This document shows positions 13,328 to 25,400 of a stretch of 64,000 nucleotides of DNA, piece after piece. The stretch lies in the NCBI GenBank assembly GCA_964016885.1, contig OZ024740.1:38192001-38256000 (forward strand). The letters are read 5' to 3'. Source of the DNA: Eledone cirrhosa. Lineage: Eukaryota. Numbering within the stretch: position 1 is the first letter of the stretch; every line of letters begins with the position of its first letter. The notes beneath the pieces are model-generated. The model was not told where the DNA came from, searched no databases, and saw only the letters and a list, made by a program, of their open reading frames with translations. A program made the position numbers and the translations under genes.

Positions 13328-13583
13328 CTCCACCATTCCTGTGTACCAAATAAGGAAATCTCCATATATTTCCAAGACCAATCACATAGCCTAGACATGA
13401 GAGCATAAAATCTAGTCTTCGATTCCAGTAACCCCTCAGCTTGTTTTCTTCTGCTGTCATAGACTCATTGGTACTCTCATTGCTGGTGATGGAAATAGCA
13501 TCTGCTAAGTAACTACCCCCTGACTGTGTTGCTCCGCCAATGGTAACAGTAGGGGATACTCCAGCTTGTACATCACTCTGGTC
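13328..13583 (-). CDS. Coding exon of an SLC6 / NSS sodium- and chloride-dependent transporter (N-terminal tail, TM1, start of EL1); amino-acid-transporter type (glycine/GABA/proline-like) rather than monoamine type
   Basis: On the minus strand a pyrimidine-rich acceptor ATTTCTTTATTTCTAATTTCTAG precedes 256 nt open in frame: [85 protein letters not shown](G). The donor is GAG|GTTAGC. The R-x-x-W...DF.LS..GY..GLGN.WRFPY...NGGG signature is diagnostic of SLC6, and a phase-1 intron within NGGG is a common SLC6 intron position. Confidence 0.95.
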
Positions 13584-13612
13584 CTAGAAATTAGAAATAA
13601 AGAAATCTGTTA

Positions 13613-13647
13613 TTAGTATGGAAAATAGATGTTAAACGATGATTATT
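13613..13647 (+). mobile_element. Short RTE-type 3' tail fragment
   Basis: TTAGTATGGAAAATAGATGTTAAACGATGATT resembles the LINE terminus at ~12304-12340. Confidence 0.55.
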
Positions 13648-13726
13648 AGGCATACACAGGAGAGTAGAAAGGTTAGAGAGAAAGGAAAGAACAAGAAATG
13701 TAAGACAGTGATGACTAAAACAGTAG

Positions 13727-13774
13727 AATCATCATCATTAAACATTGACTTTCCTTGCTAACATGGGTAGAATG
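13727..13774 (-). mobile_element. Short RTE-type 3' tail fragment, inverted
   Basis: Reverse complement reads CATTCTACCCATGTTAGCAAGGAAAGTCAATGTTTAATGATGATGATT. Confidence 0.55.
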
Positions 13775-13885
13775 ATGAATGAAATACATTATAGTGCTTA
13801 GTTTTATCTTTCTTCCTTCAGAGGTCAATCTAGGATATTGGGATCAACTATACCACATAAATATTGGTCTTGTCTCCAAATAAGA

Positions 13886-13977
13886 CAGTTACAGTTAGAT
13901 GAAGTAATAAGGTTATCAGTCTAATAATACAGTATGGCAGTTACAATTAAATGAAGAGATAAAATTATCAATCTAAT
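13886..13977. repeat. Diverged two-copy direct repeat (~40-bp unit, 52-bp spacing)
   Basis: CAGTTACAGTTAGATGAAGTAATAAGGTTATCAGTCTAAT at 13886 versus CAGTTACAATTAAATGAAGAGATAAAATTATCAATCTAAT at 13938. Confidence 0.7.
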
Positions 13978-14890
13978 CTTAAACTGTCTACATCAACATG
14001 TGCACACAGATAACATAAAGTAGGTGACACAATAGAATCACAACTAAACCCCCATTACATAAACATATCTACATACTTCATCAATCAATATACAACTCCT
14101 CCAAATATCAACTTATGCTCAACACATTTAAGCACATAACAAATATTTGTGAATTTCCTTGGATTCCTTATTTAGCATCAATGAACAAAGCAAAACCACT
14201 TTAAAAAATGCCAAAGGGATAAGTTCCACTAGGAAACCAGAGTTTAACGACCCAACAATTAACCACATGTATAAAATGGAGAGAAGATGGGCTCCACCAG
14301 GTTTAAAATGTCCTAAAAATGCCATATGACAATGGGGTGCCCTATAATTCACTCAGGGGTTACAGGATTGTACATATATATATAGTATAAAATAAGGAAG
14401 ATATTTCCTTCAAAAGAAAATTCCCTGCCTCTTAAATTTTTCACAACCATTGATATACAGTCAAGCTGTGTCTTTTTATATATCTTCTCTTGTACTTTAA
14501 GGGATTATACTTCTCTAAAGGTTTAACTCTATTCAATTTTATTTCTTCTCTTCTTACTCATTCCTTCATTTCCAGATTTCACTCCTTCAACAACGCCCTC
14601 CATATCCATTTATAACACTAAACTTCATCTCATCCATTTAAAATAAATAAGCCTAGAATATTCTCTAATATAAATACAGGTACTACTCTTTGTACTAAAA
14701 TATCAAAATATCAAATTCATAAGTTTGTTAGTTAACTTTGACAATATTAAACATATCTGTAGATATATATGTAGATAGTTATAATGAGTTTCATAATTAT
14801 ATTATTACAGTTAATTCCTAAATATTTCAAGTATTTATCTGTAACAATGCCTGTATTACCTGTCGGGGCTATTTTCAAGTTTTTTCTATA

Positions 14891-15176
14891 GAGTCTAAAG
14901 TTTGTCTCAAGCCTGGAAGCTCATCAGGCCAGTACTTATCCTAGTTTCCATGAAGTTAAGCAACTGAGAGTACAAGATACCCTCTGGACAGGATGCCAGC
15001 CCATCACAGGGTTAAACCCCCAACTATTACTGGTTCTCTTTTTCAGCTGAATATACTGGAGCAATGTGAAATGAAGTGTTTTGCTCAAGAACACAATACA
15101 TGACCCAGTCCAGGAATCGAACCTATAACATAATGTTTATAAGTCCAACACCCTTACCACTAAGCCATGCACCTTC
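14891..15176 (-). mobile_element. Apparently full-length tRNA-derived SINE (family C) flanked by a 33-bp direct repeat
   Basis: Reverse complement shows A-box TGGCTTAGTGGTAAG, B-box GGTTCGATTCC, and a central CCCTGTGATGGGCTGGCATCCTGTCCAG motif resembling the V-SINE conserved domain. Flanking direct repeats at 14858-14890 and 15177-15209 are 30/33 identical. Confidence 0.8.
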
Positions 15177-15266
15177 ACCTGTCTGGACTATTTTCAAGTT
15201 TTGTCTATAACCATTTGTGCAACTTATTTTGTACATAGCTTTAAACATCTTATATTTTCAATTGTA

Positions 15267-15472
15267 AATAATGATTTCTAATTTAGAAACAAGCCCAATA
15301 AGTTGAGGGGAGAAGAAAGTCGATTTTATCAACCTAATATATGACAGGTACTTTATTTAATCAACCTCATAAGATTGAAAGGCAAAGTTGACTTTGGCAT
15401 GATTTAAATTCAGAATGTAAAGAGCTAGAACTAAGTGCTGCAAAACAATTAGTCCAACGCTCTACCAATTAC
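15267..15472 (-). mobile_element. SINE family A copy 1 of a tandem triplet (most diverged)
   Basis: GAAAGGCAAAGTTGACTTTGGCATGATTTAAATTCAGAAT is the reverse complement of the family A core. Confidence 0.75.
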
Positions 15473-15482
15473 TGTTTTCAAC

Positions 15483-15705
15483 TAATAATTGTTTCTAATT
15501 TTGGCACAAGGCCAGCAATTTGATGGGAAGGGAAAAGTCAATTAAATCAACCCCAGTGCATTGCTGATACTTTATTTTATCAACCCCATAAGGAAGAAAG
15601 GCAAAGCTAACCTCAGTAGGATTTGAACTCAGAATGTAAAGGGTGTACTATATGTCATAAAGCATGTTGTCCAATGCGCTACCAATACTGCAAATCCATC
15701 ACCAT
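15483..15705 (-). mobile_element. SINE family A copy 2 of the tandem triplet
   Basis: 15552-15635 is the reverse complement of 11155-11238 with 10 mismatches in 84 nt (hand count). B-box complement GGATTTGAACTC at 15619. Confidence 0.8.
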
Positions 15706-15712
15706 TTTTCAA

Positions 15713-15940
15713 CTAATAATGATGGTTTTTGATTTAGGCACAAAGTCAACAATTTTGGGAGAGGGGAATGTTGATTAACTCAACCCCGGTGCATTGCTGG
15801 TACTTTATTTCATCAACCCTGTAAGGATGAAAGGCAAAGCTAACCTTGGCAGGATTTGAACTCAGAATATAAAGGGCCATAACTATATGCTGCAAAGTAT
15901 GTTGTCTGACACTCAACTGACACTGTTAACCCACTGCCCT
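15713..15940 (-). mobile_element. SINE family A copy 3 of the tandem triplet
   Basis: AAGGATGAAAGGCAAAGCTAACCTTGGCAGGATTTGAACTCAGAAT. The 5' head ends near CCACTGCC at ~15938. Confidence 0.8.
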
Positions 15941-16444
15941 AATAATAATAAATTTGATCTCTTTTGATACTGAAATGAAGCAAGACTGCATTACATCAGC
16001 CACATTACTGATATTACATCTCAATTATATTTAAGAATGTGTACTGCTAATCCAGTCCTGACACATAAGCTTCTTACCTAATTTGTACCTTTAATTTATT
16101 CTTAACAATACTAATTTAAGTCTATACATCAGATTAGACAATACTGCTCTAAGGGGAAATACTTAATCAGTGAAAGATGTATGTTTGTGGAATCTCACAT
16201 TGCAATTGTGTATGATTTATTTAAAAGAAATAGACAATTTGAAAATTTATTTTTTAAACAATCTTTTTCTTTTCAAATACAACAAATTGAGATTATAGCT
16301 GTTTAGAATTTTCTTTATGTGTGCCATTCTAACAGTTTAATTATTATTTAATACTATCTCAGCCAGGTTAGTACTTTCTAAACTGGATTAACACAAAATT
16401 ATAATAATAAACTCACAGAAAATTAACATCTCAAGTGAAGTCAA

Positions 16445-19400
16445 AAACAGATGACTAACTAGGTTGTGTTTACATTAATTCTAGCTCATCTTAAACATTA
16501 CACTACAGATCAGGTACAAACAGTTGACTAACTAGGTTGTGTTTACATTAATTCTAGCTCATCTTAAACATTACACTACAGATCAGGTACAAACAGCTGA
16601 CTAACTAGGTTATTTATACATTAAACCTAGCTCATCTTATACATTACACTACAGATCATGTACAAACAGTTGACTAACTAGGTTGTGTTTACATTAATCC
16701 TAGCTCATCTTATACATTACACTACAGATCAGGTACAAACAGTTGACAAACTAGGTTGTGTTTACGTTAATCCTAGCTCATCTTATACATTACACTACAG
16801 ATCAGGTACAAACAGTTGACTAACTAGGTTGTGTTTACATTAATCCTAGCTCATCTTATACATTACACTACAGATCAGGTACAAACAGCTGACTAACTAG
16901 GTTATTTTTACTTTAATCCTAGCTCATCTTATACATTACACTACAGATCAGGTACAAACAGTTGACTAACTAGGTTGTGTTTACATTAAACCTAGCTCAT
17001 CTTATAAATTACACTACAGATCAGGTACAAACAGTTGACTAACTAGGTTGTGTTTACATTAATCCTAGCTCATATTATAGATTACACTACAGATCAGGTA
17101 CAAACAGCTGACTAACTAGGTTATTTTTACTTTAATCCTAGCTCATCTTATACATTACACTACAGATCGGGTACAAACAGTTGACTAACTAGGTTGTGTT
17201 TACATTAATCCTAGCTCATCTTATACATTACACTACAGATCAGGTACAAACAGCTGACTAACTAGGTTGTGTTTACATTAATCCTAGCTCATCTTATACA
17301 TTACACTACAGATCAGGTACAAACAGTTGACTAACTAGGTTGTGTTTACATTAATCCTAGCTCATCTTATACATTCCACTACAGATCAGGTACAAACAGC
17401 TGACTAACTAGGTTATTTTTACTTTAATCCTAGATCATCTTATACATTACACTACAGATCAGGTACAAACAGCTGACTAACTAGGTTGTTTTTACATTAA
17501 TCCTAGCTCATCTTATATATTACACTACAGATCAGGTACAAACAGCTGACTAACTAGGTTATTTTTACTTTAATCCTAGCTCATCTTATACATTACACTA
17601 CAGATCAGGTACAAACAGCTGACGAACTAGGTTATTTTTACTTTAATCCTAGCTCATCTTATACATTACACTACAGATCAGGTACAAACAGTTGACTAAC
17701 TAGGTTGTGTTTACATTAATCCTAGCTCATCTTATACATTACACAACAGATCAAGTACAAACAGTTGACTAACTAGGTTGTGTTTACATTAACCCTAGCT
17801 CATCTTATACATTACACTACAGATCAGGTACAAACAGCTGACTAACTAGGTTATTTTTACATTAATCTTAGCTCATCTTATACATTACACTACAGATCAG
17901 GTACAAACAGTTGACTAACTAGGTTGTGTTTACATTAATCCTAGCTCATCTTATACATTACACTACAGATCAGGTACAAACAGCTGACTAACTAGGTTAT
18001 TTTTACTTTAATCCTAGCTCATCTTATACATTACACTACAGATCAGGTACAAACAGCTGACTAACTAGGTTGTTTTTACATTAATCCTAGCTCATCTTAT
18101 ACATTACACTACAGATCAGGTACAAACAGTTGACTAACTAGGTTGTGTTTACATTAATCCTAGCTCATCTTATACATTACACTACAGATCAGGTACAAAC
18201 AGCTGACTAACTAGGTTATTTTTACTTTAATCCTAGCTCATCTTATACATTACACTACAGATCAGGTACAAACAGCTGACTAACTAGGTTGTTTTTACAT
18301 TAATCCTAGCTCATCTTATACATTACACTACAGATCAGGTACAAACAGTTGACTAACTAGGTTGTGTTTACATTAATCCTAGCTCATCTTATACATTACA
18401 CTACAGATCAGGTACAAACAGTTGACTAACTAGGTTGTGTTTACATTAACCCTAGCTCATCTTATACATTACACTACAGATCAGGTACAAACAGCTGACT
18501 AACTAGGTTATTTTTACATTAATCCTAGCTCATCTTATACATTACACTACAGATCAGGTACAAACAGTTGACTAACTAGGTTGTGTTTACATTAATCCTA
18601 GCTCATCTTATACATTACACTACAGATCAGGTACAAACAGCTGACTAACTAGGTTATTTTTACTTTAATCCTAGCTCATCTTATACATTACACTACAGAT
18701 CAGGTACAAACAGTTGACTAACTAGGTTGTGTTTATATTAATCCTAGCTCATCTTATAAATTACACTACAGATCAGGTACAAACAGTTGACTAACTAGGT
18801 TGTGTTTACATTAATCCTAGCTCATCTTATACATTACACTACAGATCAGGTACAAACAGCTGACTAACTAGGTTATTTTTACATTAATCCTAGCTCATCT
18901 TATACATTACACTACAGATCAGGTACAAACAGATGACTAACTAGGTTGTGTTTACATTAATCCTAGCTCATCTTATACATTACACTACAGATCGGGTACA
19001 AACAGCTGACTAACTAGGTTATTTTTACATTAATCCTAGCTCATCATATACAATACACTACAGATCAGGTACAAACAGTTGACTAACTAGGTTGTGTTTA
19101 CATTAATCCTAGCTCATCTCATACATTACACTACAGATCAGGTACAAACATCTGACTAACTAGGTTATTTTTACATTAATCCTAGCTCATCTTATACATT
19201 ACACTACAGATCAGGTACAAACAGTTGACTAACTAGGTTGTGGTTACATTAATCCTAGCTTACCTTATACATTACACTACAGATCAGGTACAAACAGCTG
19301 ACTAACTAGGTTGTGTTTACATTAATCCTAGCTCATCTTATACATTACACTACAGATCAGGTACAAACTGCTGACTAACTAGGTTATTTTTACATTAATC

Positions 19401-22400
19401 CTAGCTCATCTTATACATTACACTACAGATCAGGTACAAACAGTTGACTAACTAGGTTGTGTTTACGTTAATCCTAGCTCATCTTATACATTACACTACA
19501 GCTCAGGTACAAACAGCTGACTAACTAGGTTATTTTTACTTTAATCCTAGCTCATCTTATACATTAAAGTACAGATCAGGTACAAACAGCTGACTAACTA
19601 GGTTGTTTTTACATTAATCCTAGCTCATCTTATACATTACACTACAGATCAGGTACAAACAGCTGACTAACTAGGTTATTTTTACTTTAATCCTAGCTCA
19701 TCTTATACATTACACTACAGATCAGGTACAAAAAGCTGACTAACTAAGTTGTGTTTACATTAATCCTAGCTCATCTTATACATTACACTACAGATCAGGT
19801 ACAAACAGCTGACTAACTAGGTTATTTTTACTTTAATCCTAGCTCATCTTATACATTACACTACAGATCGGGTACAAACAGTTGACTAACTAGGTTGTGT
19901 TTACATTAATCCTAGCTCATCTTATACATTACACTACAGATCAGGTACAAACAGTTGACTAACTAGGTTATTTTTACTTTAATCCTAGCTCATCTTATAC
20001 ATTACACTACAGATCAGGTACAAACAGTTGACTAACTAGGTTGTGTTTACATTAATCCTAGCTCATCTTATACATTACACTACAGATCAGGTACAAACAG
20101 CTGACTAACTAGGTTATTTTTACTTTAATCCTAGCTCATCTTATACATTACACTACAGATCAGGTACAAACAGCTGACTAACTATGTTGTTTTTACATTA
20201 ATCCTAGCTCATCTTATATATTACACTACAGATCAGGTACAAACAGCTGACTAACTAGGTTATTTTTACTTTAATCCTAGCTCATCTTATACATTACACT
20301 ACAGATCAGGTACAAACAGCTGACGAACTAGGTTATTTTTACTTTAATCCTAGCTCATCTTATACATTACACTACAGATCAGGTACAAACAGTTGACTAA
20401 CTAGGTTGTGTTTACATTAATCCTAGCTCATCTTATACATTACACAACAGATCAGGTACAAACAGTTGACTAACTAGGTTGTGTTTACATTAACCCTAGC
20501 TCATCTTATACATTACACTACAGATCAGGTACAAACAGCTGACTAACTAGGTTATTTTTACATTAATCTTAGCTCATCTTATACATTACACTACAGATCA
20601 GGTACAAACAGTTGACTAACTAGGTTGTGTTTACATTAATCCTAGCTCATCTTATACATTACACTACAGATCAGGTACAAACAGCTGACTAACTAGGTTA
20701 TTTTTACTTTAATCCTAGCTCATCTTATACATTACACTACAGATCAGGTACAAACAGCTGACTAACTAGGTTGTTTTTACATTAATCCTAGCTCATCTTA
20801 TACATTACACTACAGATCAGGTACAAACAGTTGACTAACTAGGTTGTGTTTACATTAATCCTAGCTCATCTTATACATTACACTACAGATCAGGTACAAA
20901 CAGCTGACTATCTAGGTTATTTTTACTTTAATCCTAGCTCATCTTATACATTACACTACAGATCAGGTACAAACAGCTGACTAACTAGGTTGTTTTTACA
21001 TTAATCCTAGCTCATCTTATACATTACACTACAGATCAGGTACAAACAGTTGACTAACTAGGTTGTGTTTACATTAATCCTAGCTCATCTTATACATTAC
21101 ACTACAGATCAGGTACAAACAGTTGACTAACTAGGTTGTGTTTACATTAATCCTAGCTCATCTTATACATTACACTACAGATCGGGTACAAACAGCTGAC
21201 TAACTAGGTTGTTTTTACATTAATCCTAGCTCATCTTATACATTACACTACAGATCAGGTACAAACAGCTGACTAACTAGGTTGTGTTTACATTAATCCT
21301 AGCTCATCTTATACATTACACTACAGATCAGGTACAAACTGCTGACTAACTAGGTTATTTTTACATTAATCCTAGCTCATCTTATACATTACACTACAGA
21401 TCAGGTACAAACAGTTGACTAACTAGGTTGTGTTTACGTTAATCCTAGCTCATCTTATACATTACACTACAGCTCAGGTACAAACAGCTGACTAACTAGG
21501 TTATTTTTACTTTAATCCTAGCTCATCTTATACATTAAACTACAGATCAGGTACAAACAGCTGACTAACTAGGTTGTTTTTACATTAATCCTAGCTCATC
21601 TTATACATTACACTACAGATCAGGTACAAACAGCTGACTAACTAGGTTATTTTTACTTTAATCCTAGCTCATCTTATACATTACACTACAGATCAGGTAC
21701 AAACAGCTGACTAACTAGGTTGTGTTTACATTAATCCTAGCTCATCTTATACATTACACTACAGATCATGTACAAACAGCTGACTAACTAGGTTGTGTTT
21801 ACATTAATCCTAGCTCATCTTATACATTACACTACAGATCAGGTACAAACAGTTGACTAACTAGGTTGTGTTTACATTAATCCTAGCTCATCTTATACAT
21901 TACACTACAGATCAGGTACAAACAGCTGACTAACTAGGTTATTTTTACTTTAATCCTAGCTCATCTTATACGTTACACTACAGATCAGGTACAAACAGCT
22001 GACTAACTAGGTTGTTTTTACATTAATCCTAGCTCATCTTATAAATTACACTACAGATCAGGTACAAACAGTTGACTAACTAGGTTGTGGTTACATTAAT
22101 CCTAGCTTACCTTATACATTACACTACAGATCAGGTACAAACAGCTGACTAACTAGGTTGTGTTTACATTAATCCTAGCTCATCTTATACATTACACTAC
22201 AGATCAGGTACAAACTGCTGACTAACTAGGTTATTTTTACATTAATCCTAGCTCATCTTATACATTACACTACAGATCAGGTACAAACAGTTGACTAACT
22301 AGGTTATTTTTACGTTAATCCTAGCTCATCTTATACATTACACTACAGCTCAGGTACAAACAGCTGACTAACTAGGTTATTTTTACTTTAATCCTAGCTC

Positions 22401-25400
22401 ATCTTATACATTAAAGTACAGATCAGGTACAAACAGCTGACTAACTAGGTTGTTTTTACATTAATCCTAGCTCATCTTATACATTACACTACAGATCAGG
22501 TACAAACAGCTGACTAACTAGGTTATTTTTACTTTAATCCTAGCTCATCTTATACATTACACTACAGATCAGGTACAAAAAGCTGACTAACTAAGTTGTG
22601 TTTACATTAATCCTAGCTCATCTTATACATTACACTACAGATCAGGTACAAACAGCTGACTAACTAGGTTATTTTTACTTTAATCCTAGCTCATCTTATA
22701 CATTACACTACAGATCGGGTACAAACAGTTGACTAACTAGGTTGTGTTTACATTAATCCTAGCTCATCTTATACATTACACTACAGATCAGGTACAAACA
22801 GTTGACTAACTAGGTTATTTTTACTTTAATCCTAGCTCATCTTATACATTACACTACAGATCAGGTACAAACAGTTGACTAACTAGGTTGTGTTTACATT
22901 AATCCTAGCTCATCTTATACATTACACTACAGATCAGGTACAAACAGCTGACTAACTAGGTTATTTTTACTTTAATCCTAGCTCATCTTATACATTACAC
23001 TACAGATCAGGTACAAACAGCTGACTAACTATGTTGTTTTTACATTAATCCTAGCTCATCTTATATATTACACTACAGATCAGGTACAAACAGCTGACTA
23101 ACTAGGTTATTTTTACTTTAATCCTAGCTCATCTTATACATTACACTACAGATCAGGTACAAACAGCTGACGAACTAGGTTATTTTTACTTTAATCCTAG
23201 CTCATCTTATACATTACACTACAGATCAGGTACAAACAGTTGACTAACTAGGTTGTGTTTACATTAATCCTAGCTCATCTTATACATTACACAACAGATC
23301 AGGTACAAACAGTTGACTAACTAGGTTGTGTTTACATTAACCCTAGCTCATCTTATACATTACACTACAGATCAGGTACAAACAGCTGACTAACTAGGTT
23401 ATTTTTACATTAATCTTAGCTCATCTTATACATTACACTACAGATCAGGTACAAACAGTTGACTAACTAGGTTGTGTTTACATTAATCCTAGCTCATCTT
23501 ATACATTACACTACAGATCAGGTACAAACAGCTGACTAACTAGGTTATTTTTACTTTAATCCTAGCTCATCTTATACATTACACTACAGATCAGGTACAA
23601 ACAGCTGACTAACTAGGTTGTTTTTACATTAATCCTAGCTCATCTTATACATTACACTACAGATCAGGTACAAACAGTTGACTAACTAGGTTGTGTTTAC
23701 ATTAATCCTAGCTCATCTTATACATTACACTACAGATCAGGTACAAACAGCTGACTATCTAGGTTATTTTTACTTTAATCCTAGCTCATCTTATACATTA
23801 CACTACAGATCAGGTACAAACAGCTGACTAACTAGGTTGTTTTTACATTAATCCTAGCTCATCTTATACATTACACTACAGATCAGGTACAAACAGTTGA
23901 CTAACTAGGTTGTGTTTACATTAATCCTAGCTCATCTTATACATTACACTACAGATCAGGTACAAACAGTTGACTAACTAGGTTGTGTTTACATTAATCC
24001 TAGCTCATCTTATACATTACACTACAGATCGGGTACAAACAGCTGACTAACTAGGTTATTTTTACATTAATCCTAGCTCATCTTATACATTACACTACAG
24101 ATCAGGTACAAACAGCTGACTAACTAGGTTGTTTTTACATTAATCCTAGCTCATCTTATACATTACACTACAGATCAGGTACAAACAGCTGACTAACTAG
24201 GTTGTGTTTACATTAATCCTAGCTCATCTTATACATTACACTACAGATCAGGTACAAACTGCTTACTAACTAGGTTATTTTTACATTAATCCTAGCTCAT
24301 CTTATACATTACACTACAGATCAGGTACAAACAGTTGACTAACTAGGTTGTGTTTACGTTAATCCTAGCTCATCTTATACATTACACTACAGCTCAGGTA
24401 CAAACAGCTGACTAACTAGGTTATTTTTACTTTAATCCTAGCTCATCTTATACATTAAACTACAGATCAGGTACAAACAGCTGACTAACTAGGTTGTTTT
24501 TACATTAATCCTAGCTCATCTTATACATTACACTACAGATCAGGTACAAACAGCTGACTAACTAGGTTATTTTTACTTTAATCCTAGCTCATCTTATACA
24601 TTACACTACAGATCAGGTACAAACAGCTGACTAACTAGGTTGTGTTTACATTAATCCTAGCTCATCTTATACATTACACTACAGATCATGTACAAACAGC
24701 TGACTAACTAGGTTGTGTTTACATTAATCCTAGCTCATCTTATACATTACACTACAGATCAGGTACAAACAGTTGACTAACTAGGTTGTGTTTACATTAA
24801 TCCTAGCTCATCTTATACATTACACTACAGATCAGGTACAAACAGCTGACTAACTAGGTTATTTTTACTTTAATCCTAGCTCATCTTATACGTTACACTA
24901 CAGATCAGGTACAAACAGCTGACTAACTAGGTTGTTTTTACATTAATCCTAGCTCATCTTATAAATTACACTACAGATCAGGTACAAACAGTTGACTAAC
25001 TAGGTTGTGTTTACATTAATCCTAGCTCATCTTATACATTACACTACAGATCAGGTACAAACAGCTGACTAACTAGGTTATTTTTACATTAATCCTAGCT
25101 CATCTTATACATTACACTACAGATCAGGTACAAACAGTTGACTAACTAGGTTGTGTTTACATTAATCCTAGCTCATCTTATACATTACACTACAGATCAG
25201 GTACAAACAGTTGACTAACTAGGTTGTGTTTACATTAATCCTAGCTCATCTTATACATTACACTACAGATCAGGTACAAACAGTTGACTAACTAGGTTGT
25301 GTTTACATTAATCCTAGCTCATCTTATACATTACACTACAGATCAGGTACAAACAGTTGACTAACTAGGTTGTGTTTACATTAATCTTAGCTCATCTTAT

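Noticed and set aside
14128-14352. 74-aa hydrophobic minus-strand ORF as a possible SLC6 exon
   Set aside because: It has no SLC6 similarity, and a hydrophobic segment is not expected upstream of the TM1 exon. I saw no convincing splice sites.
14750-14792. Weak similarity to the terminal 57-bp monomer (ATATCTGTAG...TGTAGA...ATAATG...TTTC)
   Set aside because: Short, gapped and AT-rich; it cannot be distinguished from chance by eye.
16072-16420. Candidate minus-strand splice donors (AG|GTAAGA at ~16077; CT|GTGAGT at ~16414) as the upstream SLC6 exon
   Set aside because: The first has TAG immediately before the donor in the required phase-0 frame, and both sit in AT-rich sequence without coding character. 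A non-coding 5' exon cannot be excluded without RNA data, so neither is called.
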